Shown here: one piece after another, positions 38,668 to 50,400 of the stretch
Layout: each line of letters begins with the position of its first letter
Position numbering within the stretch: position 1 is the stretch's first letter
DNA from: Aplysia californica
Taxonomy: Eukaryota
Assembly: GCF_000002075.1 (NCBI RefSeq)
Contig: NW_004797546.1
Span: 88,274-152,273 of the forward strand
Direction of reading: 5' to 3'
DNA: 64,000 bases
Program-made: the position numbers and the translations under genes
Notes under the pieces: model-generated
Databases searched by the model: none
Seen by the model: the letters and a program-made list of their open reading frames with translations, nothing else
What the model was told of the DNA's origin: nothing

Positions 38668-38994
38668 ATGAATTTTGTTGAGTTTCCGCTGCAACTTTTC
38701 AGTGACTTTGCCAATCCACCACTTGTCTCTGAGAAAATCGAAGAAGCATCTGCCAATCAGGGCGTTGACCCAAAAGAGCTGGCTATCACAGACGATAGAC
38801 CCATTCTGAGATATGGGAATAGCTTCTTCCTCATCTTTACTAGCTGGCTGGCTCTTCGCCCCGTCTTTCCCTTCTTTGGAGCTGCCAATATCTTTAACTG
38901 GTGCTGTGTGAGTGGGGCTGGACAGTCTGGAGGAGAGGCCAGCTGGCATCAGCCGACCCATGTAGTGGGCAAAGGTCAGTAGACTCACACCTTG
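38668..38994 (-). CDS. TEX2: TEX2 coding exon 4 (SMP domain start)
   Basis: ctacag|QGVSLLTF...WVNALIGRCFFDFLRDKWW...KLNKIH|gtatga. Confidence 0.92.
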
Positions 38995-39430
38995 CTGTAG
39001 ACAGAAGTTTCAGCTCCGATCAGACAAAAGCAAATCTACATTAACCTTTCCAGCAAGGCTTTTTTCTTTCTAAAACTGTAAGTCCAGGAAATGAGTAATT
39101 AAAAAGAAATGAGCTCTCCTCTTCACAACCAGTCTCTATTGCTTTCAGACAGAAGACAACACCCCATTTTAAAACTATGACAAAACCATATATTCTCAAC
39201 CCGCAGCCCTTAAAAGCAACTAAATCTGTTTCCAACCAGAATCCCATTATCTTCATTCCACTTTTAATAGGTAAATGACATGAAACGAAATCGACACAGA
39301 GATGTCCCACAACAAAGTTATCTGCCAAGTTTGAAATAAACACTTGTAATTTGTAAAATCCTAACGAGACACACAAACCATGAGCCACAACAACAACTAC
39401 AAAATTTAACTTTTGAAAATAACTCCTTTA

Positions 39431-40110
39431 AGGAAAGTCCCGATTCCGCTCAAAACTATGAATTTAAAGTTTTAGGCCTTTTTAGCTTCTTCAACCTCTC
39501 TTACAACTATTTCATCGCATAAGAACCCCCTAAAGCCTTATTTCTTCCTATATCGGGCATGTTTGTCACCACCATTTCCTCATAAAGCCAATCTTTTATT
39601 TTTCTTTATCGCCCGTTTTCTCGAAACAGTTTTTCTATATACTTTTAAAAATAACTCCACCATTTTTCATCCAATCTTCATGAAATCTTCACAGAATGAA
39701 GAAAAGTAATATAAAAAATTTGTGCGATTGATTTTTGATATAAGGAATAGTTTTTTGTTGCTGGTGTTTGGAGTGTGGATTTTCACAGATTTTTTTGCAA
39801 ACGTGAATTCTACCTCAGGTAAAAAAATCATTAAAAATGTTCTTGAAAGTTTAAGAAAAATTTATGACACAGATTTGTAGATCTATTTTTTGCCAAAATG
39901 CATGCAAAAACCCCAATTTATTTCCATGAAAAATAAGTGCGGTATTAATTACGTAAGTCATGTCAATAAAATCCAATATGGCCGTCATATCCATGGAAAT
40001 AAATTTTTTTTTCTCAAATTTGATTGCGGATTCTCAGACTTTTTACTATGCTTGGTTATATGTGAGAAATATCGTAACATTTGATCCATTAATCAGCGAG
40101 ATAGTCTTCA
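39431..40110. mobile_element. Probable non-autonomous DNA transposon fragment
   Basis: Begins TTAA|GGAAAGTCCC and has TE-like internal motifs; no matching second terminus found. Confidence 0.3.
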
Positions 40111-40237
40111 GCTGCCCCCCCCCCAAAAAAAATCTTCCATCAGATTATTTCCAAAATCATGCAATGAAATGATGAAAACTGACATTACCCTTTTTAAAAC
40201 AATCTAATACATTACCATCTATTAAAAAATGTCTTAC

Positions 40238-40410
40238 ACTATCTTCTTTTGTCCCGTTCACCTCCGGCGCAATGTCCGGTAGACTGGATGCTGAGGTGAT
40301 GGAGTCTGTGGAGCCCTCTCGCTTGTGACGTGGGGTGACCTCTGAGCTCTTCTTAGGAGGAGGACTGGAGTTACTGCCAACTGCCCTTTTCATGTCCATC
40401 ACATGGTTGC
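40238..40410 (-). CDS. TEX2: TEX2 coding exon 3
   Basis: GNHVMDMKRA...HKREGSTDSITSASS...KEDS|gtaaga; phases fit both neighbours; acceptor is an uncommon GAG. Confidence 0.8.
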
Positions 40411-40947
40411 CTCAAGAGCATATAGACAAAAGTCATATTTGAAATAAAATGTTATCATACTGCTATACAGAGAAAACATAACTTTTATTGGTGAAACGCT
40501 CTCTGAAAATAATCAATGCAGCAAAATTCATCCACGAACTCATTTGTGACAGCCTATCAACATAATAATTATGCTCTACCAATATTTCCAGTTACAAAGC
40601 CTTTGACAAGAACAAATTTCCTATCCTTTCCAAAATAAATGACTTCTTTGAACACCAGTGAAGAACAGTCTACACATACATGCTCAACAATTGATCAACT
40701 TGTTAAATCAACATTGTCAGTTTCTATGACATCATCACTTGCAAAAGTCACAGCAATGGCACAGATTCAATATTGACTTTGAGACTGTTCTAGAGGTATC
40801 TTTTACGAATAATCTATGGTCTCATTTATGACTTTATATAGATCTTTCTGGGAAAAATTGGGACATTTTTGCAAAGATTTCACCCTCCTGTATTTTGGCC
40901 AAAGGAATATATGAAGCTGTGATGTAGATGCTAAACTAAACAATGAA

Positions 40948-41105
40948 TCATGAGAGGCTTTCATGGTCTGGAGATACAGCGTTTGCTTCTAATTCAGTAA
41001 GTCCTGGGTCTAAAGCTTGGCAGTGATGGAAAAATGTTCTCCTTTCCTCTTCACTAGACATGCTCTTCATTAGATATGTTCTATCTGCTTTCATCTCGAC
41101 TTTCC
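40948..41105 (-). CDS. TEX2: Candidate alternative terminal exon of TEX2 (GKVEMKADRTYL...DHESLS*)
   Basis: Very long polypyrimidine tract + cag; in phase with exon 2; minus-strand AATAAA at 40484-40489. Confidence 0.4.
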
Positions 41106-41262
41106 CTGAACAAAAGAATAAAGAAAAAGAGATAGGGAAAGGGAAAAACAGTTTCAAAGAAAGGAAAGATGGAAAGAGAAAATTTCTAGATTTCAGAGAC
41201 AGAAAAGAAGAAGCAGAAGCATAAAAATGTCTGAAGTAAAACAGGAGAGTAAAGAGACTCAC

Positions 41263-41773
41263 CTAATGGAATTCCAGCAGCAGCGGCGGAGAATCGTTTA
41301 AACCATTCCTCTTTCTCTCGTCCAGTGCGAGCAAACAGGTACAGCACGTTACTATCACATTTTTCTTCCGTGATTATTTCGAAACCCATATCAGACACTT
41401 TCTCCTTCTTTGCTCCGATGATTGGTTCAGACAAAATGTGTTTCAGTTTTGATGTTGCTGCATCCTCCCCGTTACTACTAACGCCGCCCTTGGCAGATGT
41501 TAAAGAGATACATATCGGGTACTTCTTGCTCCAGATTCTTTTCTTCACAAGCCCTTGAGGTAAAAGATAGACGCTTGAGCCTGGAAGATCGAAATGCCGC
41601 TGGTGGATAAACTGTGGCTTTGGAAAGCTTTCGTCCCACATTGCCCTCTTGGGAACAGGGTTTTTGGGCCGCTGCAGTCGCAAGTGTGTGCCTTCGAGAC
41701 TGATGAAGACACAGTGAGTCTTGTTTATGTGGTAGTTTTCAACAGTGTAGTCAGTCAGCTCATTCATCCACCC
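41263..41773 (-). CDS. TEX2: TEX2 coding exon 2 (PH-like domain)
   Basis: ttttag|GWMNELTDY...KRIWSKKYPICI...LYLFARTGREKEEWFKRF...|gtgagt. Confidence 0.93.
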
Positions 41774-42562
41774 CTAAAAAAGGAGGAAAAGAAATGGAAT
41801 TAACTCCAGTTTATTTTTCATGTGATTCAAAATTTGAAACGAGTACTCTTTAGAAATGTGTACCCTCAGAAGCAGTTACTGTAACCATCTTTACATTATA
41901 CACCTGCACAAAAAATCAAACCACTGATTTTTTTTTTTTAAGGAAATGATTAACTTTTACTCATCAAATACTGACCATTCACTGCAACAGAACTTTGATT
42001 GAGTTTACATTCACGTTTTGTGGTTACACAAAGTCTATCTGCAGCTAACTGGACCACCAGTACTCTGTTTAAATTTAAACCACTGAGCAGCTTAGAAAGT
42101 GATTGACTTTCAGAAGTGTCTCATATCCCATAAAAAGCAATTGGAAAAAAAATATGCACAAGTTAAATTTATAACTTTTAAACACTGCCCCCACCCCCCC
42201 ACCCAAGACGAAAGCCATAAATGTTCTTCTTTTAAACTGAACAGACATAAGCCCCTACTTAACACATTTTTTCAACAGTATACAACAGAAAGATAAAGTA
42301 CATTTACAATTTGTTTCTTGCTGTCACTGACATACCAGAACTCTAGGCTGAAGAAACATGGCTTTTAAAATCTTTACTTGCCACAAACGATGGTGTTAAA
42401 ACTGTATTCTTCTTTTAACAATGTACCCAACCTACGACATGATAAAATTGCCCTAATATCTATTAGACTGACGCTTGAAACATTTATCAGAGGTTGTGCT
42501 TTTACATGGCAGTATGAGATTCATGCCAGCAGTTATCTGTCAACATGTTACACTGAGCCTAC

Positions 42563-43972
42563 CTTATGGCGACACTCCTCTCCTTCCAACCCAACCTTCA
42601 TCTCAGGCACTGGTGGTGGGGGTAGATCCTCAACAGGAGGCAGAGTAAAAGGCTCAGAGGGAGGCGGAGGTTCCATCAGCCACAAGTAGAAACCACAGCT
42701 GGCAGTGGCGAGCAGGGACCCCATGATAAATCCCGACATGTATGAAGGCAACGGCAGGATAAGGTAAGCAAACACGAAAAGGGAAATGACTATGAGCTTT
42801 TGAACAGGAACCGGACGATTGTCTGCAAAACTGAGCTGGCGTAGGATGGCATTGGCAGTAGAGTCAGAGAAAGGGGAAGAAGGCACTTCGCTCTTCTCTG
42901 GGGCTGCCCCCTGAGAAGCAGTGTTGTCAGCTTGGCTATCATCTGACGTCGGTTTCCTAAATAAAGGCTTGGCCAAATCTTCATCTGGTGTGAAGTGCAA
43001 GGCAGACATGTGAGCCACAGCAGATGTCATGGGCTCCTTTTTCTTCATGAAGCGTTTGATTTTCGAGCGAGATTTGAGCTGAGTGGAGGTGCTGAGACCA
43101 GGCATGCCTGTGAAGTCCTCTGTTGGCTCACTGATGAAATGCTCTTCAAACATAAGCATCTCAGAGTCAGGAGTACCACGTCCTTCAGGTTCATGAAACA
43201 CCAGAGTGTCATCCTCAGTACTTGGCTCTTTCTGAAGAGACGCACTGATGACATCCTCTATGACATCTTCAAAGTCATCCTCCACTTCCAAGTGAGCCAA
43301 GGGGTGGTCCTCTACAATACCTGAGGACCTGAACAAAGTCACATTTTCTTTCACCACAGGCTCTCGCTCTGATGGCTTTTCAACAGGCAGCAACTTTTGT
43401 TTCTCTTTTTCAGGACTTGGGCTTGAGCTGGAATCACCAGAGAATTCCTCAATTGTTCTAGAAATTTTGTCTGTAATTTTACCTTTAAGACCCGAGAATA
43501 TTTCTTTTGAGGTTTCAAGTTTTGCCTTGGCTCGCTCTCTTATTGGGGAATTGTGAGCAGCAACATCCACTGGGAGAGATATTGCTGGTTTTAGGGGGGG
43601 TTTATCCATGGGAAAAGATCCTGTTGATAGTAATGGGGGCCTCACTCCAACACCATCCACTGATGATGAGCCTCCAGAGACAACTTTCTCCGGCTGTTGT
43701 TCTAGGGACCTGAGCTCTGCTGGAGCAGAGGAGGTGGACGAGACAGACGATGAAGAAAATGTTCTCTCACTGCTCGGCTTCTGTTTCTGCACTCGGTGAG
43801 ATTCTTCAACTAACTTGTCGTACTTGCCAGTGAAAGCTGTAAGATCCTCATCATCCTCATCCTCCTCCAGCTGTTTGAAACTAAAGCCTGACAGACTGAC
43901 ACTACCCTTGCCCTGCCCCTGCTTCGGTGGCGGGGGCCGGGAGGGCTTGCCCAGACCTTTCTTGAAGCTCAT
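42563..43972 (-). CDS. TEX2: TEX2 coding exon 1 (disordered N-terminus + TM hairpin)
   Basis: Acceptor ctcttcag|tgtggcgATG; MSFKKGLGKPSRPPPP...VFAYLILPLPSYMSGFIMG...CRHK|gtaggc. Confidence 0.9.
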
Positions 43973-46900
43973 CGCCACACTGAAGAGATAGATTGAGGTA
44001 AAACTAGTCAAACAATTCAATTCAGAAACAGGCCAATACAATTTTATCAATAAATTATAAAATACTCTATAAGAGCACTGCTTCATTATTATAATGCTAC
44101 ACAAATCCAAGCAACCTGAACTAGACAGATAGACTTGCCTATATCAGTACTTGACTGCATCAGGGTTGCCCACCCACCAGTATGTTTAAGTAATCAACAA
44201 ATTTTAAAAAATAGTAATCTGGCTTACAACTTCGTAATATGGCAATGGATAGTCTTCTGCCCTTGGGTGTCAAGGACAGGGATTGTAGCCAAGAATGTTA
44301 CAGGCGTGATGTAAAAAAAGAAGTTATGGGAGGCTGATCAACAAAAAGAAACCTTTGAAACTACAAAATACATCAAATTCCCTTGATACTGATTTTGCAT
44401 CACAACACACCATGCCACTCACCCACCGTAGCTAACTGTTTTGAGTTTCATATAATGAGCCATTAATCTCATTGGCCCAGGCTGTCACCCACAACACAAA
44501 AAAGCAAGGATTTTCTAACATCTTGGTCATCCTAATGTTTGCCTTAGTCCTGGCTTTGGCTAGGGTCTAGAATGTTTTTCAAAGGGCAAAAATGGCACTG
44601 AGTGACAACAAGAGCTTGACACAAAGAGGGTGTTTTTACAGCTGCATGTGATTATGTAATGCTGTAGACTCTCCTGGTCTGGTAGATCCACCTATGCACA
44701 AGGAAGATTGACAATGGGTTGGGGTAGCCGAAATATTTAAAAAAAATCAGAATCAGGGGTGTACTGTAACAACAATTGTGCTTTAGAAAAACCGAACAAA
44801 ACTCTTAATGACTCTGCCAAATTCGTAATGGTGGGGAATGGTATACTGCATCTATTCTTAAAATTTCTAGATTAACGAGATATAATCAATAAATGGCTTA
44901 AACTGTATTTTAAGTGTTTGTTTTGCATGATTCTCCATTTCTTTAAAATGTACTAGAAAGATAGTGTGTTTGTAGCACAGCCGCCCATCATTTAATACTT
45001 TAATTGGAGCACCAACTCTTTTGATACTTAATCAAAATTTAAGAGCATCAGAGAATGTGTTTCTTGGAAATCTTTTTCAACTTCAAAACAAAACTGAACT
45101 GAAAAAAAACCCCAACCCAACAAATCTCTTACAAGTTCCAGTACAAAGAATGAGCAATTTAATGGCAATCTTCCAGATCTGCTTCATTTTTATTCACATT
45201 TACTGGATTTAAGTAATTATAAGGTAAAGGTTATGGTGACGGTAGGATTACAGTATGGGTTGGCCAAGGGTAGGTGTAAGGCCAGGCTACCCTGTCCCTA
45301 CCCTTTTCTCTACCCTTTACCCTAATCCTCACTTCTCTTCATCTTATAACCCTCCCCCCCTCCGAACAATTCAGCAAATTTAACAGTCATGAATCATAAT
45401 CTTGACCATTATACCAATATCAGATTGCATTTACATAACTGTGAGTAAAATAAACTTGCATTCTTTGTATGTTTAATTTTCTAGACCTTCTATTCTATTA
45501 GAGCGTAAACACGGCGTCACGGGCACTCGCAGCCTTCTGAGCCTGTGGTTTCGGTAAAATCAAGGTAATTCAGATCACTGTTACTTCGCTCTTTCGCTAT
45601 CAAATACCAAAAGCTGTGCACCTTGTAAAAGTTCAGCTTTCCCTCGTTACAATGGTGTAAGTTGATAATGTCCCATTATTAGGCCAGTTCAAAAATTGAC
45701 ATGCGAGCATTCAAATATGCTTTGCGGAAAGATTGATGATTAAATGCCGTCTTTTCATTGGCGGAGAACTGTAGAGCTATGAAAGGGCTTTCCCCTGATA
45801 TATTTTTCGCTTTGACGTATAAATAGAAAGCCTTTAAAAATACCTTCCAAGTTTTCAAAGATCATTTTTTCAACAGAAATATGTAAAATACCAATTCAAA
45901 AAAGGTATCACTAGAAGGATCAATTAATTTTCTATTAGAATAAAGTAATCAGCTTGGAATTATTTTGCATCATTCCTTCCGCGAAGCTCGACGTGGGGAG
46001 CACTTTGCACACTACAGTATAGAACCGAATCGCTCGTCGTGGGGACCGGTGTACCGCTGTGTTTTCATGGAAATAACGACAGACCATCATGTTTGAGGCG
46101 ATTAAATACTGATGTGCAATGATCTCACAGTCTTGAAAACAAATTAGGCTCCATATCTATGTTAAAATAATTGTACTCTGTTAAGGTGGAGATGTTTGGT
46201 GTGCTTAGTACTCTTTTATTGACTGTCAAACATGGGGTAGCAGCCAGTTAGCGACTGTAAGCAAATTGGATCATATTTTAAAAGTTACCACTTAAAAATT
46301 GACTGAGAGGTTAAAGAATGGTATCAACATTCTTAGTCATTATGATAGGCCTTTCATATGGAACAGATATATTTGGCATACAGTTTTTGAAAATTTAGTT
46401 TCTAGTACCTAACCCTAGAAATGCTCAGCATTTGACCGAAAGTAACCCGCCAAAAATGCTCCGCCGCCACGGCCGATCAGTTGTATTGTTGTAAACATAG
46501 GGGTTTGGCAGGGAGAATCAGGTAAGATACCCGAGATGTATACCTGGTACTGAAAAATGACCATTTACGGCTCAACAGATGATAAAAGGCATGATAAAAA
46601 TGACAGGCGATCAAATAAATACAAACAAAGCGCAAAACGCAATAAACTCAACAATTAGTACATCAGCACGGCGCAACAAGTGATAACACATAGCATGTAG
46701 TCGCTCAGCTGGACCGTGTCACTTCATCGATCGATATCTTGGCCAAGAGATGCTCTACGAGGTCAAGATAACTTGCATAGTCATTGGTCACTATTTATAA
46801 CTTTGACCTGTAATTTACTACGTCATTTTCTTTAATCATAGCTGCCACTCGGGAATTTTAAAAAAGGAGGAAATTCATGTGAAGGCGTATGCGCGCTCTC

Positions 46901-47459
46901 CAAAGGCCGGAGTAAAACCAGTGAGATCCAGAGGCAATATATATTGGAACATCTAGCCTACGTTTTTGGAAGGGAAAATTGTCATATTTGTTAACCATAA
47001 AAAGCTACTGAATTAAAATGTATTTGAAAAAAAAAACAACCCAAAACACGAAGTTGACTAACAAGCATTTGGCACAAATTAGTGACTAAAAATTAGGCCT
47101 ACGCGCTTCCCGGTCGAAGTAGGTGAGCCCTATAAAGGGCCTGCGCGCTTCCCGGGTAGCCCGGCTACGACCTTTTTTAAATAGGGCCTGCACGTTTCCA
47201 GGGTTAATTCTACCTGTCTACACCAACTAATGTTGACTTTGTTTCCATTTATTAATATCATAGCTACAAGTCAAAAGTAGAACAATTACAGACTATGCAA
47301 GGTTGCAAGTGATCATCAGATCAAATGATAAATCATTGTAAATGTACACACATGGGTTACTTGTCGCAATTTTGGCATTAAATTAGTTAGAATCGTTCTG
47401 TTCTTTCATTTTTAGGAACAGGAAGGCAAAGAAATTTAATGGGAATCTAAATCAGGAAG

Positions 47460-48160
47460 GAAGTGGCTATTCTCACCCTGGGTGAGAATAAAAATACGAT
47501 CGACCTCTCATCCCTGGTGAGACTTGCCAGTGTTGGCTATTCGCATCCAGTGTGAAACAAGACCTGTTTTTCCTAATTTCTGAATACTGTCTATCGGTGT
47601 GGATGATGAAATTGAAAAAAAGAAAGAAAAAAATGATGTTATGTTTCAACAGTAAGTTTATTAAATTGGTCCTCTACAAAGATGTTATGTACAGCTATTT
47701 CACTTATTAAATTCGAATCGAGCTGAACTACGCGTGTCGCCATTTAATTATGCCCGGAAGTTCTCGCTAGGCCTACTCCTTCTCTCTCACTCTCTCTTTC
47801 TGAATTACACATTGTCTATTGGTGTGGACGATCAAATTGACAAAGAGACAAAGAAAAAAATGTTATAGTATAGCAAGCACAATAAAAGTAAATTAGTTAG
47901 GTCATCTACAAACACGCTACGGCTATTTCACTTTTCGAATAGAGCCAAACTACACAGGTTGCCATTTTTTTGCAACGAAGTTCTCGCCGTCCCTCTTCTC
48001 TCTCTCACTGCCGGCAGACAAAATTGCATGCTTTCAACACAAGAGCGCTGGAACGTTTGTTTACGGTGAATGCTACACTGGTTGGCCAATCACGGTGAAC
48101 GCACACCCTGTGAGAATAGCCAAAAGGCTCGCCTGCACTATTCTCACCAATAGAGTGGCC
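47460..48160 (+). mobile_element. Tandem-repeat-bearing non-autonomous element (HINE/MITE-like), copy A
   Basis: Subterminal IRs and hairpins CTATTCTCAC/GTGAGAATAG; two internal ~220-bp units (~47578, ~47798); inverted copy B at 48331-48827; related segment at ~53299-53380. Confidence 0.55.
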
Positions 48161-48287
48161 AATCAGGAATTATGTCATAATATAATCCTCTTTGCAGGCA
48201 TTTACACCCTGTACTATTACATGAATTGGGAACAGAGGTATCAATGGTCGCTTTTGGAACAGCTCTGGCACTGTCAGAAGTGAAAAT

Positions 48288-49045
48288 GGGAAGATTGAAG
48301 AATACTGGACCACTCGTACATTATTGCGCGGCCACCTCTATTCTCACCCGGAGTGAGAATAGTGCAGGCGAGTCTTGTGGCTATTCTCACCCGGTGCGCG
48401 TTCACCAAATTTTGCATTCACCCTAAACCACAGAATTCTACACTGTGATAACAGAAAAATTGTAGAATTCTGTGCCGTGAACAAACGTTCCATTACAACT
48501 GTAGCCTACTAAATGCGTACAATTTTGTCTGTGGGCAGTGGAGAGAGAGAGAGAAAGAGAGAGAGGAGTAGCGCGAGAATTTCCGGGCAAAACAAAATGG
48601 CGACCCGCGTAGTTCGGCTCGATTCGAAAAGTTAAATAGCCGTAGCATCTTTGTAGACAACCAAATTAATTTACTTTTGTGTTTTAACATCATTTTTTAA
48701 CTTTGTTTTGGTCAATTTGATCGTCCACACCGATAGACAGTATTCAGATAGAGACAGAGAGAGAGAGAAGAGGGGAGGAGTTGATCTTGCGAGAAATTCT
48801 GGGCGGGTGAGAATAGCCACTTTCTTATATTGCGCGAGAAAGTGGGTTTGGTCAGGCGGGTGGTTGGGGTGGAGGAGGGGGGAGGGGGGGTTCAGGGGGG
48901 TCTCCCCCCTGACAAAATTTTAATGAATAGTTCTCCTGGTCCGAGATTCTCCATTGAGAGATATTAAAAACGGGAAAATTATGAATTCCTAAGGTTGAGA
49001 CATAGGCAAAGTCAGTCCGCTGGTCCTGTATTCTTCAATCTTACC
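48288..49045 (+). mobile_element. Merlin-like MITE, interrupted by a nested insertion (48331-48827)
   Basis: TIR GG(G/T)AAGATTGAAGAATAC; 8-bp TSD GTGAAAAT at 48280-48287 and 49046-49053. Confidence 0.8.
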
Positions 49046-49247
49046 GTGAAAATAATTATCAATGGTATGCAAGTCATCTCTAGATCTAATTCTGTTACAA
49101 ACAAAAGTTTCACTCATTGCCACTGTCTGCCAGCAGAGTCTGGAGTCTGGTATCATTGACAAACGCAGTAAAAAAAATCTGGCGAAAGCATTAAAAGCAC
49201 AATGTATTATTAATTGTAATACATAACATAAAATACAAGAATATTAC

Positions 49248-49400
49248 TTGTTACCACGGATCCGTTCTAAATTTACAAAGAAACTCAAATCACATTAACA
49301 GGATCAAGTGCGTCGGTGCTTCAGTCTTCAGCACATCGCCATTGAGACAGAGAAAACTGCTGGCTCTGAGAGTTGAGTTGATAGTTCAGACAACTTCCTG
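49248..49400 (-). other. TEX2: Putative non-coding first exon of TEX2
   Basis: TEX2 ATG exon begins with an acceptor 7 nt upstream of the ATG; this is unique sequence next to the IRE1 promoter with minus-strand donors caa|gtaata (exon end 49248) or gtg|gtaaca (49255). Confidence 0.45.
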
Positions 49401-49756
49401 TTTTTGTTATAACGGGGTGAAGTTTGTTTTCATTACGTGTATGAAAGATAATTTGTACATTTAAAACATAATATGCCCTTGAAAATGTTGACATGTTTAA
49501 TACCTTTGTTTTATTTGTACTTTGTTTTTAAAATGTTTTGATTTGATATTATATTTTGTAAAATCTTGTCAATTCTGACCAATACTATTTCAATGACAAA
49601 TAATCACCGAAACTAACTTTACAATATGGCGTATATTTGTTGTTGTATGGGTGGAAACGCATGTAACAGATGAGATCGTTAAAGATTTTATTTAAATGAA
49701 TAACAAGAACATCTTTCTATGTATATATTGGCGGGATGAAATATGGAAAGATGGCG
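49390..49756. promoter_or_regulatory. Putative bidirectional TEX2/IRE1 promoter
   Basis: Between divergent 5' ends; ETS-like ACTTCCTG 49393-49400, YY1-like ATATGGCG ~49624 and AAGATGGCG 49748-49756, E2F-like GGCGGGA ~49730. Confidence 0.55.
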
Positions 49757-49810
49757 TCAATGGCTCTCTTATTTTGTTTGGTGTTCTCTCTGATTTCTTC
49801 GTCTGAACCG
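49751..49810 (+). CDS. ERN1: IRE1 exon 1, signal peptide (alternative in-frame ATG at 49736)
   Basis: AAGATGGCG context, hydrophobic signal peptide, donor CCG|gtaaga in phase 0 matching exon 2. Confidence 0.75.
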
Positions 49811-49887
49811 GTAAGAGCCTTTTTCCCCTGCTCCTAACCTACTCTTCTCCTAATCATCCCTGAACTGGCTGAACTCTATGCCTATCC

Positions 49888-50156
49888 GGGAAGATTGAAG
49901 AATACCGGACCACTCGTACATTATTGCGCGAGAAAGTGGGGTAGGTGGGGCGGGTGGTTGGGGTGGAGGAGGGGGGTTCAGGGGGGTCTGCCCCCTGACA
50001 AAATTTTAATGAATAGATCTAGATCTAGATCTATCGGTCCGAGATTCTCCATTGAGAGATATTGAAAACGGGAAAATTATGAATTCCTAAGCCTAAGGCC
50101 TAAGGTTGAGACATAGGTAAAGTCAGTCCGCTGGTCCGGTATTCTTCAATCTTACC
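49888..50156 (+). mobile_element. Merlin-like MITE, second copy (IRE1 intron 1)
   Basis: TIR GGGAAGATTGAAGAATACCGGACCA / TGGTCCGGTATTCTTCAATCTTACC; homologous to 48288-49045. Confidence 0.8.
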
Positions 50157-50400
50157 AGATCTAGATCTAGCCAAGTAGTCCAATTATTAGACTAGATCTA
50201 CTCTAGATCTAGACGTTTAGATCTAATCTAGATTCTGGAATCTCTAGATTCTAGATCTAGATTAGATCTTTGTCTAAATGATGTAGATTCTAGAACTAGA
50301 GTTAGAGTCCAGTTTTAGACTGGATCTAGATCTAGATCTGGATAGATTCTAGACTGTGCTCCTTGTGATCACTAGATTAGATAGATTCTAGGTCTAGTAA
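50157..50400. repeat. Degenerate AGATCT/TCTAGA palindromic-hexamer-rich tract
   Basis: Dense TAGATCTAGA, TTCTAGA and ACTAGA motifs. Confidence 0.85.

Larger units (their letters stand above)
27993..43972 (-). other. TEX2: TEX2 gene coding span (9 coding exons, 3168 nt, ~1055 aa; TM hairpin + PH-like + SMP lipid-transfer domain)
   Basis: Exons 43972-42563, 41773-41263, 40410-40238, 38994-38668, 38167-37938, 31431-31345, 30028-29819, 29196-29076 and 28091-27993 join in frame across GT-AG introns; motifs GWMNE, LFARTGREKEEWF, WVNALIGRCFFDFL, PPPPSDRLWYGFR, FVMPNMDD. Confidence 0.93.

Noticed and set aside
41700-41725. CTGATGA hammerhead-like core
   Set aside because: No GAAA after stem II; lies antisense in a TEX2 exon
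43973-44110. N-terminal 46-aa extension of the 520-aa ORF
   Set aside because: Non-ATG start; almost all of it is intronic sequence upstream of a clear splice acceptor at 43980
45500-46900. Probable old DNA transposon in TEX2 intron 1
   Set aside because: Could not establish matching TIRs or a TSD
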